Source: Candidatus Poriferisodalis sp.
Lineage (GTDB): Bacteria; Actinomycetota; Acidimicrobiia; Acidimicrobiales; Poriferisodalaceae
Direction of reading: 5' to 3'
Assembly (NCBI RefSeq): GCF_965215815.1
Contig: NZ_CBDCEO010000012.1
Location: 933,896 to 997,895, forward strand
DNA: 64,000 nt
The notes below the pieces were generated by a model, which worked only from the letters and a program-made list of their open reading frames with translations, ran no database searches and had not been told where the DNA came from. A program made the position numbers and the translations under genes. The stretch's first letter is position 1. Each line of letters begins with the position of its first letter. Positions 26,568-35,983 of this stretch are shown here, piece after piece.

Positions 26568-27889
26568 GACAGCGGCGCTGCCTGTGCGGCACGCAGGAAC
26601 TCACGGTCGTGTCGCCACAGCCACGCCAGCAGCACGGCGGCGATAACAGGGGTCCAGGCGAAAACGACGGCGTTAGCTCGCAGGGCGAGGAAGGAACCCC
26701 AGACCGCACCGCCGCCCAGCACGGCTTCGCCGGCCAGTCGAGCGATGAGCACCAGCACTGGCCGGTCCGCCCACATCGGACGACCGCGGCACTGGTGAAG
26801 CAACAACGCGGTGTACGCAGCAGTCAGCAGCGAGAACACCGCTGTCGGGCCGATCAGCACGACGAACCAGGTCGAGCCGCCCCACAAGCCCGCGACACCC
26901 CACAGCATCACCAACGCTGCGTCGGCCATGATCACCCACGCACCCGCCGTGATCCAGCTGCGAAGCCGTCCCTTGGCGAACAGGAACCAGAAGCGCTCTG
27001 GCCGCTTCAGGTCGGCGATCAGCAGCACGCCGGTCACCGCCAGAGCGACGAGCGCTATCACCGCTGGCCCCGTGGCGACGGCCGCTCGGTCGTCCCAGCC
27101 CAGCAGCGCCGCAGCAGCGGCCCACAGCATCACGCCTGCTGCGACGCCCTTGGTCACCATGTAACCGGCGACCTTGGCCCCCCACGGCTCAGCGTGAGGC
27201 ACCGTGTACGCCGTCCGTGTTGCAGGGCTCGGTGCCGGGCTCGATGCTGACTTCGATGGCCAAGTTGCGCTGCCGGTCCAATCCGACCAGATCAGGCCGT
27301 CTTCGGCTACGGGGCGTGCCAGTGGGTCGAGGGCTTCGGGCACCGTGCCCGCGTAATGCACCTTCGGCAACGTTCGGCGCTCGGGAGCGCGGACCGGCAA
27401 TTGTTCTCGGCGAATTCGCTCAGCGGTGGGGTCCGCGGGATTGTCATGGTCCACGACCGTGATAGCGCGCGTCGGACAGACCGAGACGCATGAAGGCTCC
27501 AGCCCGACCTCGAGCCGGTGCTGGCAGAAATTGCACTTGTGTGCCGTTCCGGTATTCGGCGAGATGTACAGCGCGTCATAGGGGCACGCGTTCATGCAGC
27601 CCTTGCAGCCGATGCAGCGGGAGTCGTCGAAGTCCACGACGCCGTTCGATGCCCGGAACAGCGCGCCGGTCGGGCATATCGAGATGCAGGGGGCGTCGTC
27701 GCAGTGATTGCAGCGCATCACGGTGAAGTGCCGCTGAGTGTCGGGGAACTCGCCGGTCTCGACGTAGTTGACCCACGTCCGGTTGACACCGAGCGGCACG
27801 TCGTGCTCGCTCTTGCACGCCACCGTGCACGCATGGCAGCCAATGCACGCGCCGCTGTCCAACAGGAACCCAAGGCGCGTCACGGTCAT
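26564..27889 (-). CDS. 4Fe-4S four-cluster ferredoxin subunit fused to an NrfD/PsrC-like integral membrane domain
   Basis: The N-terminal ~190 aa carry CIGCHACTVAC, CNHCDDAPC, CIGCKGCMNACP and CNFC...CVSVCP cluster motifs. The C-terminal ~230 aa carry about 6 hydrophobic helices and the NrfD-family signature-like ADLKRPERFWFLF. Confidence 0.8.
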   Translation of the reverse strand: MTVTRLGFLLDSGACIGCHACTVACKSEHDVPLGVNRTWVNYVETGEFPDTQRHFTVMRCNHCDDAPCISICPTGALFRASNGVVDFDDSRCIGCKGCMNACPYDALYISPNTGTAHKCNFCQHRLEVGLEPSCVSVCPTRAITVVDHDNPADPTAERIRREQLPVRAPERRTLPKVHYAGTVPEALDPLARPVAEDGLIWSDWTGSATWPSKSASSPAPSPATRTAYTVPHAEPWGAKVAGYMVTKGVAAGVMLWAAAAALLGWDDRAAVATGPAVIALVALAVTGVLLIADLKRPERFWFLFAKGRLRSWITAGAWVIMADAALVMLWGVAGLWGGSTWFVVLIGPTAVFSLLTAAYTALLLHQCRGRPMWADRPVLVLIARLAGEAVLGGGAVWGSFLALRANAVVFAWTPVIAAVLLAWLWRHDREFLRAAQAAPLS

Positions 27890-28033
27890 AGGTTCGCACA
27901 CGACACGTCCTTATCGACGCACCTGAGGGGACAGCTAGGCCCGCCACACGTGCATCCCAGTCAGGAATACACGGATTACCGACGCGCACACGCGGCGCGC
28001 CTAACGTGTCGCGGGATCGGCCAGGGGGAACTT

Positions 28034-29278
28034 ATGAGCGACGACGCAGCCAACGGCTCTGCTGCGGGCGACGAAATCGTCCGTCTCAACGAGGTCTACA
28101 AGATCTTCGGGCCACAGCCGCGAGGCCGTCCGTTCGAGTTGGCCCGTTCTGGCGTGCCCAAGAACGAGGTACAACGGCTCTCGGGCCATGTCGTCGGGCT
28201 CACCAATGTGAGCTTCTCGATCAACCGAGGTGAGATCTTCGTCGTGATGGGCCTGTCAGGTTCGGGCAAGTCGACCGCCATCCGGACGGTGAACAAACTG
28301 CATGACGTCACCTACGGCGAGGTACTTGTGGACGGCGTCGACGTTCAAAAACTCGACGGCACCGACTTGCAAGCGTTCCGGCGGGAGAAGATGGGCATGG
28401 TTTTCCAGCACTTCGCACTCTTCCCGCACCGCAATGTGCTTGACAACGTCGGCTATGGACTCAAGGTGCAAAAGGTCGACCGCTCCGACCGGAACGAGGC
28501 GGCCATGCGGGCACTGTCGCTGGTGGGCCTCGCTGCGTTTGCCGAACATCGGCCCGCCCAGCTCTCAGGCGGCATGCAGCAACGTGTGGGCCTCGCACGG
28601 GCGCTGGCGTCAGACCCGGACATCCTCCTCATGGATGAGGCGTTCAGCGCTCTCGACCCGCTCATTCGACGCCAGATGCAGGACGAGCTCATGGAGATCC
28701 AGGACAAAGTGCACAAGACGATCCTGTTCATCACTCACGACCTCAATGAAGCCCTGCGCATCGGCGACCGGGTCTGCATCATGAAAGACGGCGCGGTCGT
28801 GCAGATCGGCACGCCCGAGGAAATCCTCACCGAACCAGCGACGGGCTACGTGGCCGAGTTCGTGCAGGACGTCGACCAAGGGCGCGTGATCAAAGTGGTC
28901 GAGGTGATGTCCGAACCACGCCCGATTCCCTCCGACATGTCGCTCAGCGATGCACTCACGCTGTTGGACGACATCGCTGGGCGGTTCTGCTGCGATGCAT
29001 CCGGCAGACCGGTCGCGCTGTTGACAGCAGCCGACGGCCTGCGCGCCCGCAGCATGGGCAGCAACGATCTCGCCAAGGCACAGCGATCCGATTTCGACCA
29101 GTGCAACCCTGACGCCACGCTCAACGAGCTCTATGCATCAGCGGGCCGCGGTCTCTCCATTGCCGTCGTCGACGACGATGGCAAGCTCATCGGCAATCTG
29201 GATCCCCGCCTGATCATGGAGGAGATGGGCAGAGTCGAGCAGCTCATAGAAGGTTTCGAGCGGGAGGTGTTCATGTGA
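28034..29278 (+). CDS. proV: glycine betaine/proline betaine ABC transporter, ATP-binding subunit with C-terminal CBS pair
   Basis: GLSGSGKST (Walker A), LSGGMQQRVGLARAL, ILLMDEAFSALD, FITHDLNEA. The C-terminal ~120 aa resemble tandem CBS domains. The ATG at 28034 is preceded by GGGGGAA. Confidence 0.9.
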   Translation: MSDDAANGSAAGDEIVRLNEVYKIFGPQPRGRPFELARSGVPKNEVQRLSGHVVGLTNVSFSINRGEIFVVMGLSGSGKSTAIRTVNKLHDVTYGEVLVDGVDVQKLDGTDLQAFRREKMGMVFQHFALFPHRNVLDNVGYGLKVQKVDRSDRNEAAMRALSLVGLAAFAEHRPAQLSGGMQQRVGLARALASDPDILLMDEAFSALDPLIRRQMQDELMEIQDKVHKTILFITHDLNEALRIGDRVCIMKDGAVVQIGTPEEILTEPATGYVAEFVQDVDQGRVIKVVEVMSEPRPIPSDMSLSDALTLLDDIAGRFCCDASGRPVALLTAADGLRARSMGSNDLAKAQRSDFDQCNPDATLNELYASAGRGLSIAVVDDDGKLIGNLDPRLIMEEMGRVEQLIEGFEREVFM

Positions 29279-31920
29279 GCGCCGCCGCGCTGCTCGCCCA
29301 GGCAGACGCCGAGGAGGTTCAAGAAACCGGCCACTTCATTGACAAGTTCATCGACACCGTCACCAGTCCCGAGGCCGGTGACCGCGTCGCCGACTGGCTC
29401 ACAACTGGCGTGGAATGGGCGGTGGCCGCAGCGCTGTTCGCTGTGCCGGCATTGTTGATCTTCGGAGGGATACGGGGCCGTCGCTACGCGATCGGTGCTG
29501 GCGGACTGCTCGGATTAATCGCGGTGTGGTGGTACCGCAGCCGACCTGACGTGGTCGTGGCCTCGGGCACCCGCACGTTCATCGAGGACGGGCAGATATT
29601 TGAGTGCCGCGACGCGGTGATTGACGCACAGGGCGATCTCGTGGAGTGCGGCTCCGGCTTGATCGCACAGGTGCGGCAGAACACGGTGCTGGACCAGTGG
29701 CATATACCTGTGGGCGACTGGGTGGAGCAGGTCGTGTTCTGGGTGGATAACAACATGGAAGCCACCTTGGGTGTCATCGAGTGGCCATTCGCCAAGCTGC
29801 TCAACGTCATCGTGGACCAATGGCTGCTCAAGCTGTCGTGGCTCACCGTGTGCCTGGCGGTGTTCTTGCTGGGCTGGCTGGTGCGCAACTTCCAAGTCGG
29901 CGCCATGGCGTTCATCGGATTGCTCATCTGCGGGCTGCTGGGCGAGGCCTACTGGCGTCAGACCGCGCTCACCATCGGCTTCATCGGCGTGGCGGTGCTG
30001 CTGTGCGTGATCGTCGGCATCCCAATCGGCGTGCTGTGCGGGCGGGTGGACAGCGCTTGGAAAGTGGTCCGGCCCGTGCTCGATGCCATGCAGGTCGTCC
30101 ACTCCTTTGTGTACATGCTGCCCTTCATCTTCTTCTTCGGCATCGGGTTCGTCTCCGCCACGATGGTGACGATGACCTTTGCCCTGCCGCCGCTGATTCG
30201 GCTGACCAATTTGGGCATCCGACAAGTGCCCGAGGACGTGGTGGAGGCGTCGAGGGCCTACGGCGCACCCGAATGGCGGGTGTTGACCGACGTGCAGCTG
30301 CCGCTGGCCCGCCCCGCAATCATGACGGGTCTGAACCAGACGCTGCTGTTGGCGATCTCCATGCTGGGCATCGCGGCGATCATGGGCGCTGGCGGCTTAG
30401 GTCGGCTGCTGTTCACGGCTATCTCAAACCTCGACATCGCTCTTGCAGGCTCGGCCGGTCTGGCCTTCTTTCTGGTGGCCGTGGTACTGGACAGGCTGAG
30501 CCAGCCAGAGTCGAGCGATTCGGGCAACTTGCTCAGTCGCATCACTCAAGCTTGGGCCAACCGGCGCACACCGGAGAAGCTGCTGGTGCAACAGGCCGAG
30601 GCCGAAAGCAGCGACGCAGCCAGAAAGCTGGCGGCACAACCCGAAGCACCCGAGGAATCGTTCGTGCCCGCAGGTCGCCCCGAGCGTGCCGCTGCAGTCG
30701 TGACGGCTGTCGGCTCGCTCGTGACGCTGGTCGCACTGGCGTTGCCGTGGAACATCGATGCCGGACTCGTCTCGGCCTATGCCCGCAGCACCGACGCGGA
30801 CCTCCGGACCGAGCAGTGCTCGGGCGACTGGATCGACGTGCAGTCACTCAACCCGTTGGCAGAGGCCGGCAGCAATCGCGTGTGTGACGGCTCCGAGTCA
30901 TTGCTCTCCAACAGCTTCAACGGCGTGTCGGCCTCGGGCGGCTCATGGTTCGGCATCTTCATCGCCATAGCGGCCGCTGTGGCCTTTATCGCCGCCTACA
31001 ACACCCTGTTTCGGCGTGGCCGCGGTTCTGGCTGGTTCACCGCGCACGGTGCTGCGGCGTTCTCGCTGGCGTCGCTGGCCACCGCGGCGGTGTACCTGTT
31101 GGCGAACCCGCCGGACAGGGTCGAGATCTACAGCGCCGGCATCGGCGTCTATGTCGCCGTCGCGGGAGCGCTGCTGGCGACCGGCGGCGCCTTTACATGG
31201 TTGTGGCGGGCGCCAATGGCTGCTCGCAGGCCGCTGCCGGCAACGGTGGCGTGGGGCCGGCTGCTGGGCGCCGCGTTCGCCGTGTTGCTGCTGGTGGGCG
31301 GCGGCTACGCAGGTTGGAGCTTCGACACTCGGACCGAATCGGTGATCAGCGATGAGCTGCGCGCTGAGCTCGATGCCATCGCCGCCGAAGGCGAAGCTGC
31401 GGCTGCAGCAGCTGTGGCTGCCGATGCAGCCGCAGATGAAGCATTTGAGGCTGGGGATGTCGTTGCCGAACAAGAGCAACGTCGAGTGGAGAACCAAGCG
31501 CTGGCGCTGGCGGGGATCAGGGCCGCCGATATCACCGCGAAGATCGCGTTGGCAAAACGCACCGGCGACATCATCCACGACGGCTTTGAATCCGAGGGCG
31601 CTGGGCTGGGCATCTGGACATTCATCGCAGGCCTCGCCGCCCTCGGGCTCTCGTTGCCGGCAATCGGACTGCTGGGCATCGAGGAGAGCCTCCGGTACCG
31701 CTGGAGCACGCTGGTGGCAGGAATCGGCTTGGGCATAGCCATCATCCCGCTGGCATGGATCCTGACCATCGCCCGCGTCGCAGACACCAACTTGGTCTCT
31801 GGCGTCGGATCGGTCTTCGTGATGGCCGCTGGTGTGACCCTGTTTGCCGCGTCACGGGGAACCCTGTCAGAGTTCGAGCGGAACAAGATCTACGGCGATA
31901 TCCCCGCCAACACTGGCTAG
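29275..31920 (+). CDS. proW: glycine betaine ABC transporter permease with long extra N- and C-terminal membrane regions (881 aa)
   Basis: The core (about aa 150-440) has IPVGDWVEQVVFWV, and the EAA-like loop EASRAYGAPEWRVLTDVQLPLARPAIMTG. The C-terminal ~440 aa contain about 8 further hydrophobic helices and an Ala/Glu-rich segment. The GTG start overlaps the proV stop (GTGA). Confidence 0.8.
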   Translation: MSAAALLAQADAEEVQETGHFIDKFIDTVTSPEAGDRVADWLTTGVEWAVAAALFAVPALLIFGGIRGRRYAIGAGGLLGLIAVWWYRSRPDVVVASGTRTFIEDGQIFECRDAVIDAQGDLVECGSGLIAQVRQNTVLDQWHIPVGDWVEQVVFWVDNNMEATLGVIEWPFAKLLNVIVDQWLLKLSWLTVCLAVFLLGWLVRNFQVGAMAFIGLLICGLLGEAYWRQTALTIGFIGVAVLLCVIVGIPIGVLCGRVDSAWKVVRPVLDAMQVVHSFVYMLPFIFFFGIGFVSATMVTMTFALPPLIRLTNLGIRQVPEDVVEASRAYGAPEWRVLTDVQLPLARPAIMTGLNQTLLLAISMLGIAAIMGAGGLGRLLFTAISNLDIALAGSAGLAFFLVAVVLDRLSQPESSDSGNLLSRITQAWANRRTPEKLLVQQAEAESSDAARKLAAQPEAPEESFVPAGRPERAAAVVTAVGSLVTLVALALPWNIDAGLVSAYARSTDADLRTEQCSGDWIDVQSLNPLAEAGSNRVCDGSESLLSNSFNGVSASGGSWFGIFIAIAAAVAFIAAYNTLFRRGRGSGWFTAHGAAAFSLASLATAAVYLLANPPDRVEIYSAGIGVYVAVAGALLATGGAFTWLWRAPMAARRPLPATVAWGRLLGAAFAVLLLVGGGYAGWSFDTRTESVISDELRAELDAIAAEGEAAAAAAVAADAAADEAFEAGDVVAEQEQRRVENQALALAGIRAADITAKIALAKRTGDIIHDGFESEGAGLGIWTFIAGLAALGLSLPAIGLLGIEESLRYRWSTLVAGIGLGIAIIPLAWILTIARVADTNLVSGVGSVFVMAAGVTLFAASRGTLSEFERNKIYGDIPANTG

Positions 31921-32110
31921 TTGCTGAGGCGAGCCGTGCAAAGTAATCCGAACATGTATGCGCGGTCTAGGGTTTAGGGCGCGCAGGCACCCGACTACGC
32001 TGCCATTCAAGGAGCCCTCGTCGATCCGGGCGAACGGCGCCGCACATGCGTGGTCGCAACATGGTGCACCGCGTGACGCAATCTGTCGCAGATCAGGGAG
32101 GATCTCCGAA

Positions 32111-33316
32111 ATGAAAACGAAACGATTGACCAAGCTGCTGTTGTTACTAGCAGCGTTCGCGCTATTCGCTGCCGCGTGCGGCGGTGATGACGACGACGAT
32201 GCCACTGCCACTGCGGAAACAGAGGCACCCGCCGCCACCACCGAAGCCATGGTCGAAGAAGAGCCGATGGAAGAGGCGATGTCGATGACGCCTGGCGATG
32301 GCGTCTCGGTGACGATGGGCCGCGCCGATTGGACCACCGGCTACTTCCAGGCCGAGCTGTACCGGCAGCTGCTCACCGAGCTCGGCTACACGGTGTCAGA
32401 TCCCGCCGAACTCGAGCTAGGGCCCAACAACGGCTACGTGGCGATGGCCGCTGGCGACATGGACTTCTGGGTCAATAGCTGGTACCCAGGCCACAAGGCA
32501 TGGCTGGCGGGCGAACTGCCCGACGGCTCGCTGGTTGGCGACCACCTGACTGTGCTGGGTGAGGAGATGATCGCCGGGGGGCTTCAGGGCTTCCTGGTGA
32601 CCAAGTCCTTCGCCGACGAATTCGGTGTCTACACGCTGGACGCTCTGAACAGCAATGCTGACGCGATTGCAGCGTTCGATGCAACCGACCCGGTGCCCGG
32701 CAACGGCATTGCCGACATCTTCGGCTGCCCCGAGTCGTGGACCTGCGACAACATCATTACCGCGCAGATCGCCTTCTCGGGCTGGGAGAACATCACACAG
32801 ACGATCGCCGGCTATGACGCCATGTTCGTCCAAGCTGTGGATAACGCCAATGCGGGCATCCCGATGGTGGCCTACACCTGGACGCCTTCGGCGTACATCA
32901 CCGAGTTGCGCCCCGGCGACAACGTCTACTGGATTGGTGTTGACAACATCCTCGACGACTCGAACCCCACGGGCATCGAGGGCGGCGAGCAATACGACCA
33001 GACCGGCGACGGCACAGGCGGCTACGCAGCCATCGGTGCCGACCAGTGCCCGGCAGCCGCGGACAACGCCGACGGGCTGTGCCCGATCGGATGGATCGCA
33101 GCCGACATCCTGGCGACCGCCAACAACGACTTCATCGACGCCAACCCTGCAGCCAAGGCGCTGCTCGAGGCGGTCAAGCTGTCGGTGATCGAGGTCTCGC
33201 TGGCCAACGTCGACCAAGAAGCCGGCGCCGCACCCGGCGATTTGGCCACTGCGTGGATCGCTGAGAACCGCGCCACGGTCGACGCCTGGCTCGAAGCAGC
33301 ACGCGCCGCTGCGTAG
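32111..33316 (+). CDS. proX: glycine betaine-binding lipoprotein (ABC substrate-binding protein, OpuAC/ProX type)
   Basis: MKTKRLTKLLLLLAAFALFAAAC is a lipobox signal peptide, followed by an acidic linker. WTTGYFQAELY, NSWYP and WTPSAY are aromatic-cage-like motifs typical of ProX/OpuAC. Confidence 0.85.
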   Translation: MKTKRLTKLLLLLAAFALFAAACGGDDDDDATATAETEAPAATTEAMVEEEPMEEAMSMTPGDGVSVTMGRADWTTGYFQAELYRQLLTELGYTVSDPAELELGPNNGYVAMAAGDMDFWVNSWYPGHKAWLAGELPDGSLVGDHLTVLGEEMIAGGLQGFLVTKSFADEFGVYTLDALNSNADAIAAFDATDPVPGNGIADIFGCPESWTCDNIITAQIAFSGWENITQTIAGYDAMFVQAVDNANAGIPMVAYTWTPSAYITELRPGDNVYWIGVDNILDDSNPTGIEGGEQYDQTGDGTGGYAAIGADQCPAAADNADGLCPIGWIAADILATANNDFIDANPAAKALLEAVKLSVIEVSLANVDQEAGAAPGDLATAWIAENRATVDAWLEAARAAA

Positions 33317-33366
33317 GCAACTGAATGCAGCCGTCGCCCGTCAGGGCTGACGGCGCAGGCGCACAA

Positions 33367-33400
33367 CAGAGGGTGCCGGACTCCGGTTCGGCACCCTCTG
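33367..33400. terminator. bidirectional intrinsic-terminator-like hairpin between convergent proX and the SDR gene
   Basis: It has a perfect 11-bp stem, cagagggtgcc (33367-33377) / ggcaccctctg (33390-33400), with a 12-nt loop. A second hairpin, ccgtcag-ggc-ctgacgg, lies about 30 nt upstream. Confidence 0.6.
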
Positions 33401-33416
33401 CGCGTTCGGGCGCTTG

Positions 33417-34244
33417 TCAGTCTTCGAGTTCGGGCAGCGCCGGCGGAGCGCTCGTTGCGGTCACCCGGGCCAGACCACCGTCCACCACGAGCGTCTCGCC
33501 GGTGACGTAACGGGAAGCATCGGACGCGAAGAACAGCACGACGTCGGCGATGTCGTCGCCGAAGCCCCAGCGCTTGAGCGCTACCTGGCCGGCAAGGTCT
33601 GCTATCAGGCCTGGCACGTTGTTGCGTGCCTCTTCCCAGATAGCCGTCGCGATCAGACCGGGTGCAATCGAGTTCACCCTGATGCCGTCAGGGCCCCAGT
33701 CCGCGGCGAGCGCCCGGGTCATGGCGTCAACGGCGCCCTTGGTGCCGGCATAGGCGACGCGGCCAAGCGGACCGTGCACGCCGGCGACCGAGCTGATGTT
33801 GATGACCGAACCGCCGCCCCGAGCGATCATCGACGGTGCCAGGCCGGTGCTCAGCATCACCAGGGACCGCACGTTGATCGAGAACACCAGGTCGAAATCT
33901 GCTTCGGTGAGCTGTGCAGGCGTGCGCCGCATGGGAATGCCCGCATTGTTGACAAGCACATCCACGCCGTCGACCTCGTTGAGGATGCGACGAGCCAAGT
34001 CGGTGCCTGCGCCTGCCGGTGCAAGATCGGCAGTCAGGGTGATCGGGTCATGCTGCAACTCGGCTGCTACGCGATCGAGATCCGCAGTGGTCCGGCCGGT
34101 CAGAACAACTCGGGCACCGGCGGCGTCCAGCGCTCGGGCGCTGGCTTCGCCAATGCCACGGCTCGCCCCGGTGACCACCGCCACCTTGCCGTCAAGCCGG
34201 TGATCCGTGTTGATGGAGCTGTCAGTGTTGGCTGCGGGAGTCAT
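33417..34244 (-). CDS. SDR-family oxidoreductase (classical short-chain dehydrogenase)
   Basis: VAVVTGASRGIGEA (TGxxxGxG), NNAG and YAGTKGAVDAMTR (YxxxK), with a C-terminal VTGETLVVDGG. Confidence 0.85.
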   Translation of the reverse strand: MTPAANTDSSINTDHRLDGKVAVVTGASRGIGEASARALDAAGARVVLTGRTTADLDRVAAELQHDPITLTADLAPAGAGTDLARRILNEVDGVDVLVNNAGIPMRRTPAQLTEADFDLVFSINVRSLVMLSTGLAPSMIARGGGSVINISSVAGVHGPLGRVAYAGTKGAVDAMTRALAADWGPDGIRVNSIAPGLIATAIWEEARNNVPGLIADLAGQVALKRWGFGDDIADVVLFFASDASRYVTGETLVVDGGLARVTATSAPPALPELED

Positions 34245-34310
34245 GCGCGCAAGCTAACGCGCAGCGCCGACCGATCGGCGAGGGTGCCTGCCGGCCCGGG
34301 CTCTTCGGAC

Positions 34311-35036
34311 TTAAGCGGGTGTGTGCTCGACCAGAAATGCAGCGAACTGCGCCATGGCAGCAGACCGCGCATCGCCGTCCATCCAGTCCTCGATCAGTGT
34401 CGAATTCGGCGCAACCTCGTGGACGATCCGCGACGAAGACTCGGGGTGATACAGGTCGCCTCCGAGCAGCACCAGAAGCGGCGTCTGCACGGTGGCTACG
34501 AAGTCACGGTCCACGTTGAACAGGAAGTTGTCGCCGTCGTACATGTTGGACCGGAACTGCTTCCAAGCCGCCTCGTCAACATCGGGATGTGCATCGCGGA
34601 TGGCTGCTTCCCAGTCGTCAAACATGCCATAGAAGGCGTGACGGTTCTCGTCGAGCCCGATGGTCTGGAACAGCGTGGCGCTGGCCACCCGTTCGGGTGC
34701 TGCCGCGATCAGCCCCATGATGTAGGGGCCGCCGATACACATTCCTGCCAGGTGGAACTGCTCGCAGCCGAGGTGGTCCATGAGCGCCAGCTGGTCTGCG
34801 GTGTAGGTCGCCCAACCGTCTTCCGCCGAGACCGGGGCGGTCGAACGGCCGGCATTTCGTTGGTCCATTGCGATGACCCGGTACTGGTCGGCCAGCTGGG
34901 TGATCGGATTCCACGGGGTCGATTCCCAGAACGAAGCTGCCGAACGCATCCCGCCTGGGGCAATGAGCAACAGCGGGAAGCCGGAGCCGTAATCGTCGTA
35001 GTGGATGTCCACGGAGCCCTGTGTGAAGTTCGCCAT
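34311..35036 (-). CDS. alpha/beta-fold hydrolase with a Cys in the nucleophile elbow (GMCIG)
   Basis: The ATG at 35036 (MANFTQGSVDIHYDDYGSGFPLLLIAPGG). The nucleophile elbow reads HLAGMCIGGPY rather than GxSxG. The upstream 54 codons of ORF 34311..35198 are R-rich and were discarded. Confidence 0.7.
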   Translation of the reverse strand: MANFTQGSVDIHYDDYGSGFPLLLIAPGGMRSAASFWESTPWNPITQLADQYRVIAMDQRNAGRSTAPVSAEDGWATYTADQLALMDHLGCEQFHLAGMCIGGPYIMGLIAAAPERVASATLFQTIGLDENRHAFYGMFDDWEAAIRDAHPDVDEAAWKQFRSNMYDGDNFLFNVDRDFVATVQTPLLVLLGGDLYHPESSSRIVHEVAPNSTLIEDWMDGDARSAAMAQFAAFLVEHTPA

Positions 35037-35131
35037 GGCGCCAGTCTGCCCGGAGCACAACGGCGCGGCATCGGCAACGGCCGCCCGGCCACTGAGACAA
35101 TCCGCAGATGGGCCAGTAATCTGCCCCGGCG

Positions 35132-35983
35132 ATGATGCGGCTGACCACCTCTGACGGCGAGCACGCCGTGCTGCACGACCTCGGCGGACACGGGGCACCC
35201 CTGCTCATGACGCATGGCAATGGACTCAACGCCGGCATGTGGGCGACAGTGGTGCCACATCTGCGCGACGCGTTCCACTGCTGGGGACTTGACTTCCGAG
35301 GCCACGGCGCTTCGCGGCCACAGCACGACAGCATGTCGGTCGAGCGACCGCGCTTCGTCGACGAGGTACTGACCGCAGTCAATGCCTTGGGCGGCGAGCC
35401 GATGCTCGCAGTCGGCCACTCCTTGGGGGCAGCCAGTCTCCTGCTCGCCGAGCTGCGCCAGCCGGACACCTACCGGGGGCTGTATCTCTACGAACCGGTG
35501 CTCGTGCCTGCGGATTTCCCGCGGCCTGACTCCGATCACGAGCTTGTGGTGGCATCACGGCGACGCCGTATCCGCTTTGCGACCGTCGACGAGGCGTATG
35601 AGCGCTTCGTCTCGAAACCTCCGTTCTCGCGCTGCGAGCCCACCGCAGTGCGGGCGTACGTCGAGATCGGCACGTATCCCTCGGGCGACGACGCAGTGCG
35701 GCTGTCGTGCTCAGGCGATACCGAGGCACGTATCTACGAGGCCAGCGTGCCCGTCGTCTACAGCGACTTCGCCGCAGTGACATGCCCGACGGTGGTGGCT
35801 CGTGGCGATTCCTTCGCCCAGTGGAACGAAATACCGCCACAGGTCGCGCAACCCATCGCCGAAGCGCTCGGCAATGGACGCCTCGAGGCGTTCGCTGAGC
35901 TCAGCCATTTCGGCCCCATGGAGAACGGCGAACTGGTCGCAAAGTCCATCCGCGCCCATCTGGAGCCGCTCGTCGCGGCGTAG
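35132..35983 (+). CDS. alpha/beta-fold hydrolase (paralogue of 21959..22858)
   Basis: PLLMTHGNGLNAGMW, AVGHSLGAASLL and LSHFGPMENG. It shares blocks with the 21959..22858 product (YLYEPV/YGYEPV and ERFVSKPPF/ERFASRPPF). Confidence 0.75.
   Translation: MMRLTTSDGEHAVLHDLGGHGAPLLMTHGNGLNAGMWATVVPHLRDAFHCWGLDFRGHGASRPQHDSMSVERPRFVDEVLTAVNALGGEPMLAVGHSLGAASLLLAELRQPDTYRGLYLYEPVLVPADFPRPDSDHELVVASRRRRIRFATVDEAYERFVSKPPFSRCEPTAVRAYVEIGTYPSGDDAVRLSCSGDTEARIYEASVPVVYSDFAAVTCPTVVARGDSFAQWNEIPPQVAQPIAEALGNGRLEAFAELSHFGPMENGELVAKSIRAHLEPLVAA

Noticed and set aside
27890-28033. A c-di-AMP (ydaO-type) or other riboswitch in the 144-nt leader of proV.
   Set aside because: I could not find the conserved ydaO core segments by eye. 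Only an 8-nt inverted repeat (cgacacgt / acgtgtcg) is present. A cmscan would be needed to be sure.
31968-31979. A telomere-like tagggtttaggg motif in the proW-proX spacer.
   Set aside because: There are only two degenerate units, in an internal operon spacer. This is most likely chance.
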